Notes under the pieces: model-generated
Told to the model about the DNA's origin: nothing
The model's database searches: none
What the model saw: only the letters and a program-made list of their open reading frames with translations
Origin: Bacillus subtilis subsp. subtilis str. 168
GTDB lineage: Bacteria > Bacillota > Bacilli > Bacillales > Bacillaceae
Length of the DNA stretch: 32,000 nt
Assembly (NCBI RefSeq): GCF_000009045.1
Contig: NC_000964.3
Span: 3,810,001-3,842,000, forward strand
Reading direction: 5' to 3'
Part shown: positions 1 to 9,753 of the stretch, in pieces
How positions within the stretch are numbered: position 1 is the stretch's first letter
Layout of the letters: every line of letters starts with the position of its first letter
Position numbers and translations under genes: made by a program

Positions 1-89
1 TAATTATAATAGTCTACTTTACGACATTTTCTGAGCATTTTCTCTTTTGTTGTATACTGATATTGTACGTTATAAAGGAGGATTCACTT

Positions 90-611
90 ATGTTGAAAAT
101 ATTCACGACGCAGTTAACAGGTATTTTTTCCCGCATTCAGGATAAGGAATCTGACGCGATTGAAGATGGGGCGCGGCTGCTTGCTCAAGCGGTGATCAGC
201 GGGCATTCCATTTATTTATACGGAGCGAATGAGCTTCAGGGCGTCTTTTATGAGGCCACCGAAAGCAAAGAACCCTTCCCATCTGTCAAAGCCTTTCCAG
301 AAAACGCTGAGGAAGTGACAGAAAGCGACAGGGTGCTGATGTTTTGCTCAGGGACGGGCACAGCCGAAGAACAGGAGCTCGCAAAAGAGCTTTATGAAAA
401 AGGTGCGGGAGTCGTATGCGTATCGCCCGCAGCCAAAGACAGTGCGGGAATAGAACAGTATTGTGATGTGCATATTGATTCTAAATTAAAAATGCCGCTT
501 GTTCCCGATGAAGACGGCACCCGTTACGGGTTTCCCTCTTTAATGACAGCACTGTATGTCTATCACGCTTTATCGTTTACACTAAAAGAAATTCTGCAAG
601 AGTATGCATAA
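90..611 (+). CDS. ywjG: Conserved Bacillus protein YwjG (DUF2529-type, SIS-like), 173 aa
   Basis: ORF 63..611. I prefer the ATG at 90 (MLKIFTT...), 8 nt after AAGGAGG at 75-81. Recognised from memory as YwjG, convergent with pyrG. A hairpin terminator follows. Confidence 0.85.
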   Translation: MLKIFTTQLTGIFSRIQDKESDAIEDGARLLAQAVISGHSIYLYGANELQGVFYEATESKEPFPSVKAFPENAEEVTESDRVLMFCSGTGTAEEQELAKELYEKGAGVVCVSPAAKDSAGIEQYCDVHIDSKLKMPLVPDEDGTRYGFPSLMTALYVYHALSFTLKEILQEYA

Positions 612-649
612 TATCTTATTGTACATGCTGGAACTTGCCGGAAACAAAT

Positions 650-692
650 AAAAAAGACTTGCCCGCTTTTGACAAACGGCAAGTCTTTTTTA
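650..692. terminator. Bidirectional intrinsic terminator shared by convergent ywjG and pyrG
   Basis: Stem AAAAGACTTGCC (652-663) pairs with GGCAAGTCTTTT (678-689). An A-run precedes it and a T-run follows, so a U-tract forms on either strand. Confidence 0.8.
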
Positions 693-2327
<1,635 letters not shown>

Positions 2328-2400
2328 CTACATTTTTAAAATGTACTATTTTATAAAAAATCATTTAGCCTTTTAAATGATTTATAAGAAAAATGAGGGG

Positions 2401-2441
2401 TGAAAATAAGAAAGCTCCCTTTCAATTTCTTGAAAGGGAGC
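2401..2441 (-). terminator. pyrG leader attenuator (intrinsic terminator inside the 5' leader)
   Basis: On the minus strand, GCTCCCTTTCA (2441-2431) pairs with TGAAAGGGAGC (2424-2414) and is followed by TTTCTTATTTT. It lies between the predicted start site (2479) and the pyrG ATG (2300). Confidence 0.8.
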
Positions 2442-2473
2442 ATAACGTACTATGTTCTCTCTTCGTTTTTGAA

Positions 2474-2515
2474 GAGCCCAAAATACATACTACATAGTTC
2501 GACTATGAAAGTCAA
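2474..2515 (-). promoter_or_regulatory. pyrG promoter plus GGGCTC initially transcribed region (reiterative-transcription sensor)
   Basis: Minus strand: TTGACT (2515-2510), 17-nt spacer, TAGTAT (2492-2487), 7 nt, then GGGCTC (2479-2474). This matches the B. subtilis pyrG CTP-sensing arrangement as I remember it. Confidence 0.7.
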
Positions 2516-2541
2516 GATCGTTTTGAAGATGAAATCTGATA

Positions 2542-3063
2542 CTATTTAATTTCCTCTTCTTCATCATCATAGTCTTCATCATCTTCATCAATAATATCTT
2601 CTTCGATCTCAAGATCATCGTCGTCTTCATCAAGATCTTCTTCGTCAAAATCGTCGGCTTCAAGATCGAGTTCTTCCTCAACTTCATCCAAATCAAGGTC
2701 GTCTTCGTCGATCTCTTCAAACTCGTCAAGATCAAGATCTTCTTCGACTGCTTTCTTCGCTTTTTTCTTTTTCGCCTTGACTGTCGGCTGAGTTTCTTCA
2801 TCAAGCTGATCATAAGGATACCAGCTGCGAAGCCCCCACGTCTGGTCAGAAAGCGCCAGGAAGCGGCCGTCAATGTTTAAATCTGTATAAAATTGAGCAA
2901 TGCGGTCTCCAAGCTCTTCTTTTTTCACGCCGAGCAAAGATGCGATTTCATTTAAAAGCTCCTGAAAAGGAACTGGTTTTTTATGTTCTTCAAATAATTC
3001 GTGAGCGATTTCAACTAAAGCCATTTCCTTTAGCTCTTCCTGTGAATATTGTTTGATACCCAA
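2542..3063 (-). CDS. rpoE: RNA polymerase delta subunit
   Basis: 173-aa ORF with TTG start after AAAGGGAG. N-terminal MGIKQYSQEELKEMALVEIAHELF domain, then a C-terminal tail of about 70 residues that is almost pure Asp/Glu. Matches RpoE from memory. Confidence 0.95.
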   Translation of the reverse strand: MGIKQYSQEELKEMALVEIAHELFEEHKKPVPFQELLNEIASLLGVKKEELGDRIAQFYTDLNIDGRFLALSDQTWGLRSWYPYDQLDEETQPTVKAKKKKAKKAVEEDLDLDEFEEIDEDDLDLDEVEEELDLEADDFDEEDLDEDDDDLEIEEDIIDEDDEDYDDEEEEIK

Positions 3064-3245
3064 GGTCGGACACTCCCTTTCTATTACTTATATGTATCTG
3101 TTTTATCAATAATGAAAGCGATTTTGTATCGTTCTTATACAAACCATACCTCTCATTATAAACAAAATAAAACAGAATATGCTACCCTTAACAGCGTTAA
3201 TTTAAATAATTTTACAAGAGTGATCCGACTGAGAGATGTTTTCCG

Positions 3246-4385
3246 TTAATCCGCGAGCATTCTGGAGATGACCAGTCTTTGAATTTCTTGAGTGCCTTCA
3301 TAGATTTGCGTGATTTTTGCATCACGCATATAGCGTTCTACCGGATAATCTTTTGTATAGCCGTAGCCGCCGAAAATCTGCACGGCTTCGGTCGTTACCT
3401 TCATCGCCGTATCCCCAGCCATCAGTTTGGACATGGCGGAAGCTTTTCCATATGGAAGGCCCGATGATTCTAACCATGCAGCCTGATAGGTCAGTAGCCT
3501 TGAAGCTTCTATCATTGTCGCCATATCCGCGAGTTTAAAAGCGATGCCCTGCTGCTCGGCGATCGATTTTCCGAATTGCTTTCGCTCTTTTGCATATTGA
3601 AGCGCCGCATCAAGCGCTCCTTGGGCGATGCCTACAGCTTGTGCAGCTATGCCGTTTCTGCCTCCGTCAAGCGTCTTCATCGCGATTTTGAAGCCTTCTC
3701 CTTCTTCTCCGAGACGCTTTGATGCGGGCACTACACAATCTTCGAACATGATTTCCGTTGTCGGTGAAGAACGGATGCCCAGCTTCTTTTCTTTCTTGCC
3801 TGTAAAAAATCCTTCAAAATCCTTTTCTACTATAAAAGCGGTAACGCCTTTTTTCTTTTTCTCGGGATCGGTGACGGCAAAAACAATGTAAATATCAGCA
3901 ACGCCGCCGTTTGTGATAAACACTTTGGAACCATTTAACACATAGTCATCGCCGATTCGTTCAGCAGTTGTTTTCATGCTGCCGGCGTCAGAGCCAGACC
4001 CTGCTTCGGTCAAAGCGAATGCGCCGATTTTCTCTCCGAGAGCCAGCTGTGTTAAGTACTCTGTCTTCTGTTCCTCTGTCCCAAAGGCAAACAGCGGCCA
4101 GCTGCAAAGAGAGATATGGGCGGAAAGCGTCACACCGGTGGAGGCGCACACTTTTGACAGCTCTTCCACCGCGATGACGTAGGCTAAATAGTCACTTCCA
4201 ATTCCGCCGTAATCTTCAGGCCATGGAATTCCCGTCAGGCCCAGATTTGCCATTTCCCGAAACAGCTCGCGATCGAAGCGTTCTTGTTCGTCCCGTTCAG
4301 CCGCTGTCGGGGCCACCTCATGCTTCGCAAAATCGCGCACCAATTTTCGTATCATCTCATGTTCTTCTGATAATGAAAAATTCAT
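3246..4385 (-). CDS. acdA: Acyl-CoA dehydrogenase
   Basis: 379-aa ORF with typical ACAD architecture, including C-terminal [14 protein letters not shown] carrying the catalytic Glu. Its ATG overlaps the fadF stop as ATGA (4382-4385). Confidence 0.93.
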
Positions 4386-6499
4386 TGCTTCTCCCCCATT
4401 TTCAGATCAGCGCCTAAAACGGATTGAGCCAGAAGCTCGACGACGTCGTACGTTTTGACTTGGTCTTCGGCTTCCTTCGCCTTTGTGCCGTCCCCAAGCA
4501 TCGTGAGACAATACGGACAGCCAGAACTGATCACCGATGGGTTGACTGCGAGCGCTTGCTCTGTCCTGGCGACGTTAATCCTGTTGCCTGTTTCTTCCTC
4601 CATCCACATTAATCCCCCGCCGGCTCCGCAGCACATGCCGGTTTCCCGGCTTCTCTCCATTTCAACAAGCTGCACGCCCGGAATGGCTTTCAAAATCTCT
4701 CTCGGCGGATCATAGACTTCATTGTACCGGCCCAAATAGCACGAATCATGGAAGGTAATCGTCTCATGAAGCGGGTGCTGCGGTCTTAATTTTCCGTTTT
4801 TCACAAGCTCGGCCAGCACTTCTGTATGATGATAAACCTCGCCTTCAAATCCGAAATCCGGATATTCGTTTTTAAATAAATTGTATGCATGGGGATCGAT
4901 CGTAACGATTTTTTTGACATCATTTTTTTCAAATTCAGAAATATTCTTCTCAGCCAGCTCTTGGAACAAAAATTCATTTCCGAGGCGGCGCGGCGTGTCT
5001 CCTGAATTTTTTTCTTTATTGCCGAGAATCGCGAAGGACACGCCCGCGTGATTGAGCAGCTTGGCAAAGGAAATTGCGATTTTCTGGCTTCTGTTGTCGT
5101 AAGACCCCATGGAGCCTACCCAGAAAAGGTACTCAAATTCTTTTCCTTCTTTTTTCATTTCTTTTACAGTCGGAATCTCAGCATCCGGCGCCTCGTCACG
5201 CCAATTTTCACGTTCCTTGCGGTTGAGTCCCCACGGATTCCCTTGCCGCTCAATACTTGTCATTGCGCGCTGGGCGTCACTGTCCATTTTTCCTTCTGTC
5301 AGTACGAGGTAGCGGCGGAGGTCGATGATTTTATCCACGTGCTCATTCATGACCGGGCATTGATCCTCACAGTTCCGGCAAGTGGTGCATGCCCAAATTT
5401 CTTCCTCTGTGATGACGTCGCCGATCAAGCTTGGATTGTAATCAAGCGCCGCTGCGGCTTCCTGCGATCCGCTGCCCGCTGACGCCGCAGCCAGCTGATT
5501 GCCTCTCGTATGCCGAAACGCTGCTGCGGGCACCCATGGGGAGCGCGAGGTGACGGCAGCGCCTTTTTCCGTGAGATGGTCTCTGAGACGCAAAATCAAG
5601 TCCATCGGAGAAAGCATTTTTCCGGTGCCTGTTGCAGGACACATATTGGTACAGCGGCCGCACTCGACACACGCGTATAGATCAAGCAGCTGAGACTGTC
5701 TGAAATCCTCAATTTTTCCCGCTCCGTAGCTTTCTTTCGTTTCGTCGGTAAAATCAATTTTTTCAAGTTTTCCGGCAGATTCCATTCGATTGAAAAAGAC
5801 GTTTGCCGGGCCGGCGATTAAATGGGCATGCTTTGACTGAGGCACGTACACTAAAAAGCTAAGCAAGAATAGGAGATGGATCCACCATGCGATATAGAAA
5901 ATCACCGCCGCGCCTGTTTTCCCGACACCGCTAAGCATAAACGCAATACCTGAGGCAATTGGCTCGCTCCAAGAAAGCCCATGCTCATGCCAAATCAGAT
6001 TCATCCCGTTCCCAAGCAGAACGGTCAGCATTAATCCTCCGATAAAAATGAGAACGAGTCCGGCTTTGAAACCGCGTTTCAGCCTCACGAGCTTTTCGAT
6101 ATAACGTCTGTAGAATGCCCACCCAACAGCAATTAAAATGAGAAACGTAACAATTTCCTGAAAAAAGGTGAAGGCGGGATAGACCGGGCCAAGCGACAGA
6201 TTCCGGCCGGGAGCCAGTCCTTTGATGATAAAGTCAATTGCTCCGAACTGAACCAATATAAATCCGTAGAAAAACATGACGTGAATGATTCCGCTTTTCT
6301 TGTCCTTGAGCAGTTTTTTCTGTCCGAATACATTCACCCATATGGCGTGAAGCCGTTCCTTGAACCGTTGATCAAATTGTTCTTTCTGGCCGAGCTTGAT
6401 GTAGGCCAGTCTCGTTTTGACCAAGTAAACAAACAAATAGACAGCGTAAGCGGTTACAATCAGAAATAATAATGCATTTGCGATGAGAAAGCCGCTCAT
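4382..6499 (-). CDS. fadF: Membrane-anchored iron-sulfur oxidoreductase (N-terminal multi-TM domain, 2x[4Fe-4S] ferredoxin domain, CCG/HdrD-like domain)
   Basis: 705-aa ORF. ATG at 6497-6499 follows AAAGGGGG. Hydrophobic N-terminal segment of about 230 aa. Motifs [31 protein letters not shown] and SGCPYC. Known as ywjF/fadF in B. subtilis. Confidence 0.9.
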
Positions 6500-6578
6500 T
6501 CCAATTCCCCCTTTTTACTGATAAAGACCGCGATCCCCTACCCCCGAATCTGTATAAGATTATCTTTATGATAAATAA

Positions 6579-6596
6579 TGAATGAGTGTTCAGTCA
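6579..6596. promoter_or_regulatory. Candidate FadR (YsiA) operator in the fadF / clsB divergent intergenic region
   Basis: Imperfect inverted repeat TGAATGA-GTGT-TCAGTCA. On the minus strand it overlaps a TTGACT -35-like hexamer for fadF. The fadF-acdA-rpoE unit is remembered as FadR-repressed. The exact consensus is quoted from memory only. Confidence 0.45.
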
Positions 6597-6653
6597 ATAA
6601 TTAAATTCCTGCTGTTCGGGCACACTACCTTTACTACGGAAAGGAGTGCCGGT

Positions 6654-7850
6654 ATGAAGGTATTTATCGTGATTATGATCATTGTCGTTATTTTCTTTGC
6701 CTTGATTCTGCTTGATATCTTCATGGGCCGTGCCGGATACAGAAAAAAGGCGTACGAGCCTGTTTTTTCAAAAAAGAAGAGTGACATCGAATTGATCCAC
6801 TGCGGCGCTGATCTCGTTGAGCGGATGATGAATGATATTCGCCAGGCCGCCTCTTCTGTTCACATGATGTTTTTTATTATGAAAAATGATGAGGTCAGCC
6901 ACAATATGTATACCTTGCTGAAAACAAAAGCCCAAGCTGGCGTATCCGTTTATTTGCTTCTGGATTGGGCGGGCTGCCGGGCAATTAAAAAAACGGCGCT
7001 TCAGACGATGAAAAATGCCGGCGTCCATGTCCATGTGATGAATCGTCCCCGTTTTCCTTTTTTCTTTTTTCACATGCAAAAACGGAATCACCGGAAGATT
7101 ACGGTGATAGACGGAAAAATCGGTTATATCGGCGGGTTTAATATCGCCGAAGAATATCTTGGAAAGAAGGCGAAGTTCGGCAATTGGGAGGATTATCATC
7201 TGCGCATGATCGGAGAAGGCGTACATGATCTTCAAACGCTTTTTGCTTCTGATCTAAAACGAAATACCGGAATCGAACTGGGTTCGGATGTTTGGCCAAA
7301 GCTTCAGCAAGGGACTATTTCTCACAAGATCTATGCGACCGACGGTTATTCCCTTGAAAACATATACTTGGCCAACATTGCCCAAGCGAAGAATCGCCTT
7401 ACGGTTTGCACGCCTTATTACATTCCATCAAAACCGCTTCAAGAGGCCCTTATTAACGCAAGAAAAAACGGCGTATCCGTGAGAATCATTGTACCGATGA
7501 AATCAGACCATCCGCTGGTACGAGAAGCGGCTTTTACGTATTATTCGGAGCTCTTGGATGCCGGCTGTCTTATTTATCGTTATTATCAAGGGTTTTATCA
7601 TGTAAAAGCCCTCATCATAGACGACCATCTCAGCATTATCGGAACAGCCAACTTCGATAAACGGAGCCTGTTCTTAAATGAAGAGGTGAATGTTGAAATT
7701 GATGACGAAGCGTTTACAAGTGAAGTCTATGCCACAATTGAGGAGGATATGAAAAAGTCGGAGCTGCTGACGATGGAGGATTTCAGCAAGCGCACATTCA
7801 GGCAGCGCCCGGCGGAATGGCTCGGCAGGGCATTATCTTATTTCTTATAA
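6654..7850 (+). CDS. clsB: Cardiolipin synthase (phospholipase D family, two HKD motifs), 398 aa
   Basis: ORF 6582..7850. I prefer the ATG at 6654 (MKVFIVIMII...), which follows GAAAGGAG. HKD motifs HRKITVIDG and HVKALIIDD. One N-terminal TM helix. Known as ywjE/clsB. Confidence 0.9.
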   Translation: MKVFIVIMIIVVIFFALILLDIFMGRAGYRKKAYEPVFSKKKSDIELIHCGADLVERMMNDIRQAASSVHMMFFIMKNDEVSHNMYTLLKTKAQAGVSVYLLLDWAGCRAIKKTALQTMKNAGVHVHVMNRPRFPFFFFHMQKRNHRKITVIDGKIGYIGGFNIAEEYLGKKAKFGNWEDYHLRMIGEGVHDLQTLFASDLKRNTGIELGSDVWPKLQQGTISHKIYATDGYSLENIYLANIAQAKNRLTVCTPYYIPSKPLQEALINARKNGVSVRIIVPMKSDHPLVREAAFTYYSELLDAGCLIYRYYQGFYHVKALIIDDHLSIIGTANFDKRSLFLNEEVNVEIDDEAFTSEVYATIEEDMKKSELLTMEDFSKRTFRQRPAEWLGRALSYFL

Positions 7851-7862
7851 AGGAGAGTTCCT

Positions 7863-8825
7863 ATGATTTTCAGATTCGGGTTCGTTTCAAATGCGATGAG
7901 CCTTTGGGATGCGTCTCCCGCTAAAACATTGACATTCGCGCGTTATTCAAAGCTTTCAAAGACTGAAAGAAAAGAAGCGCTTCTGACTGTGACAAAAGCC
8001 AATTTGCGCAATACGATGAGAACCCTTCACTATATCATCGGCCACGGCATTCCTTTGTACCGTTTTTCCAGTTCGATTGTGCCGCTGGCTACGCATCCCG
8101 ACGTGATGTGGGATTTTGTAACACCGTTTCAAAAAGAGTTTCGGGAGATTGGAGAGCTTGTTAAAACCCATCAACTGCGAACAAGCTTTCATCCAAATCA
8201 ATTCACTCTGTTTACGAGCCCGAAGGAATCCGTCACAAAAAATGCGGTAACAGATATGGCGTATCACTACCGCATGCTTGAGGCCATGGGCATTGCTGAT
8301 CGCTCCGTTATCAACATTCATATTGGCGGCGCTTACGGAAATAAAGACACCGCCACTGCACAATTTCATCAAAATATAAAACAGCTGCCGCAGGAGATCA
8401 AAGAGCGGATGACACTTGAAAATGATGATAAAACATATACAACGGAAGAAACGCTTCAGGTCTGTGAGCAGGAGGATGTTCCGTTTGTCTTTGACTTTCA
8501 TCATTTTTACGCCAATCCAGACGATCACGCCGACCTGAATGTAGCACTGCCCCGCATGATCAAAACGTGGGAGCGGATCGGCCTTCAGCCAAAGGTTCAC
8601 TTGTCTTCCCCAAAATCGGAGCAAGCGATACGCAGCCACGCCGATTATGTTGACGCCAACTTTTTGCTGCCACTGTTGGAACGCTTTAGGCAATGGGGAA
8701 CTAATATTGATTTCATGATTGAAGCAAAGCAGAAAGACAAGGCGCTTCTCCGCTTGATGGATGAATTAAGCTCCATCCGCGGTGTCAAACGCATCGGGGG
8801 CGGTGCGCTGCAATGGAAGTCATAA
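7863..8825 (+). CDS. uvsE: UV damage endonuclease (UvdE family)
   Basis: 320-aa ORF starting 12 nt after the clsB stop, with AAAGGAG as RBS. Sequence [15 protein letters not shown]... matches B. subtilis UvsE (ywjD) from memory. Confidence 0.9.
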
Positions 8826-8848
8826 ATGTGCAAAAATAGGTTTACGAC

Positions 8849-8877
8849 TTGTCAGCTTTGGGAACTTAGGCTATATA
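8849..8877 (+). promoter_or_regulatory. Candidate sigma-A-type promoter for ywjC
   Basis: TTGTCA (8849-8854), 17-nt spacer, TATATA (8872-8877), about 28 nt upstream of the ywjC ATG. Hexamer match only. Confidence 0.35.
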
Positions 8878-8905
8878 AGACAACAATCGATGGAGGAGAA
8901 AGATC

Positions 8906-9178
8906 ATGAAAAATATCAAGTCTCTGAAAGTAGCCGCACAGGCCTTTACTTTAAGAAATTTGATTCATCTTTATAAAATGTGCCATTCCGGAAGCCACGA
9001 GGTTTATATTTATTCAAAGAAAACGATGTGCAAAATCAAAAGCTTAATTGAGCTTGAAACGTTCCGCATGGCTCATAATGAAAAGGAATATCTGATCGTA
9101 GTTGAAGGAACAAAAGCATCACAGCTCATTGAAAAATTCCAAAATCTCATCGAGCCTGCTGAGAGAGAAGCGCTCTAA
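8906..9178 (+). CDS. ywjC: Small protein of unknown function, 90 aa
   Basis: ORF with ATG 7 nt after GGAGGAG. Ends just before a strong bidirectional terminator. Recognised as YwjC by position. Confidence 0.8.
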   Translation: MKNIKSLKVAAQAFTLRNLIHLYKMCHSGSHEVYIYSKKTMCKIKSLIELETFRMAHNEKEYLIVVEGTKASQLIEKFQNLIEPAEREAL

Positions 9179-9186
9179 CTTACATA

Positions 9187-9219
9187 CAAAAAAGGATAGA
9201 CATCTGTCTATCCTTTTTC
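9187..9219. terminator. Bidirectional intrinsic terminator between convergent ywjC and ywjB
   Basis: AAAAAGGATAGACA (9188-9201) pairs with TGTCTATCCTTTTT (9205-9218), with A/T runs on both sides. Confidence 0.8.
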
Positions 9220-9744
9220 TTATGCTCTTACATAATGGAGCTGAACCGCTTGTCCAAATTGTTTTGTCCCTTTTAACCGCAGTTTTGTTTCATTTGTTAG
9301 TTCGTGAAACAGCGGGATGCCGCTTCCTAAAACGACGGGAATAACAGTGATGATGAATTCGTCGATGGCATCTTCTTTCATAAAGTCATTCACAAGCTCT
9401 GCCCCGCCAGCTATCCAGATGTTTGAGCCTTTTTCCTGTTTCAAACGGGCAGTGAAGGCTCTGGCTCCCTCATTGATAAACGTCACATGTTCATCTTGAT
9501 AACTGTCGGGCGATCCTGTAAAAACATAGCAGGTTTTATCCTGATACGGGAAAACCGGTGTTAGCACTTTAACGTGCTCATATGTGCTCCGCCCTAAAAT
9601 GACTGTATCAACAGTCTGATAAAAATCACTGTAGCCGTTGTCACCTTCACCTTCAAATTCATCCAGCCAATCGATGCTTCCATCTTCTTTTGCGATCATC
9701 CCGTCCAATGAAACAGCAATGTACAGCACAGTTTTTCTTTCCAT
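9220..9744 (-). CDS. ywjB: Dihydrofolate-reductase-like / RibD C-terminal domain reductase, 174 aa
   Basis: ORF with ATG 9 nt after the ywjA stop codon, RBS GAGGAG. Sequence pattern VLYIAVSLDGMIA...ILGRSTYE...IWIAGGAELV is typical of the DHFR-like fold. Confidence 0.85.
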   Translation of the reverse strand: MERKTVLYIAVSLDGMIAKEDGSIDWLDEFEGEGDNGYSDFYQTVDTVILGRSTYEHVKVLTPVFPYQDKTCYVFTGSPDSYQDEHVTFINEGARAFTARLKQEKGSNIWIAGGAELVNDFMKEDAIDEFIITVIPVVLGSGIPLFHELTNETKLRLKGTKQFGQAVQLHYVRA

Positions 9745-9753
9745 GTTCTCCTC

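Noticed and set aside
2490-2873. 127-aa Lys/Arg-rich ORF on the minus strand
   Set aside because: It is simply another reading frame of the GA-rich DNA encoding the RpoE acidic tail. It has no RBS and extends across the pyrG promoter. It is a composition artefact.
6582-6653. N-terminal extensions of track ORFs: clsB 6582, ywjG 63, ywjA 11496, ywiE 13087, narJ 14795, arfM 20710, ywiC 20704, narK 23571
   Set aside because: In each case an internal ATG or GTG is preceded at 6-10 nt by a good Shine-Dalgarno sequence. That start also gives the protein length I remember for the B. subtilis gene. The upstream starts lack an SD sequence and overlap promoters or operators.
7956-8693. 245-aa ORF antisense to uvsE
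   Set aside because: It lies entirely inside the well-supported uvsE frame. It has no SD sequence, and its product has no recognisable domain. Long antisense ORFs like this arise by chance opposite real genes.
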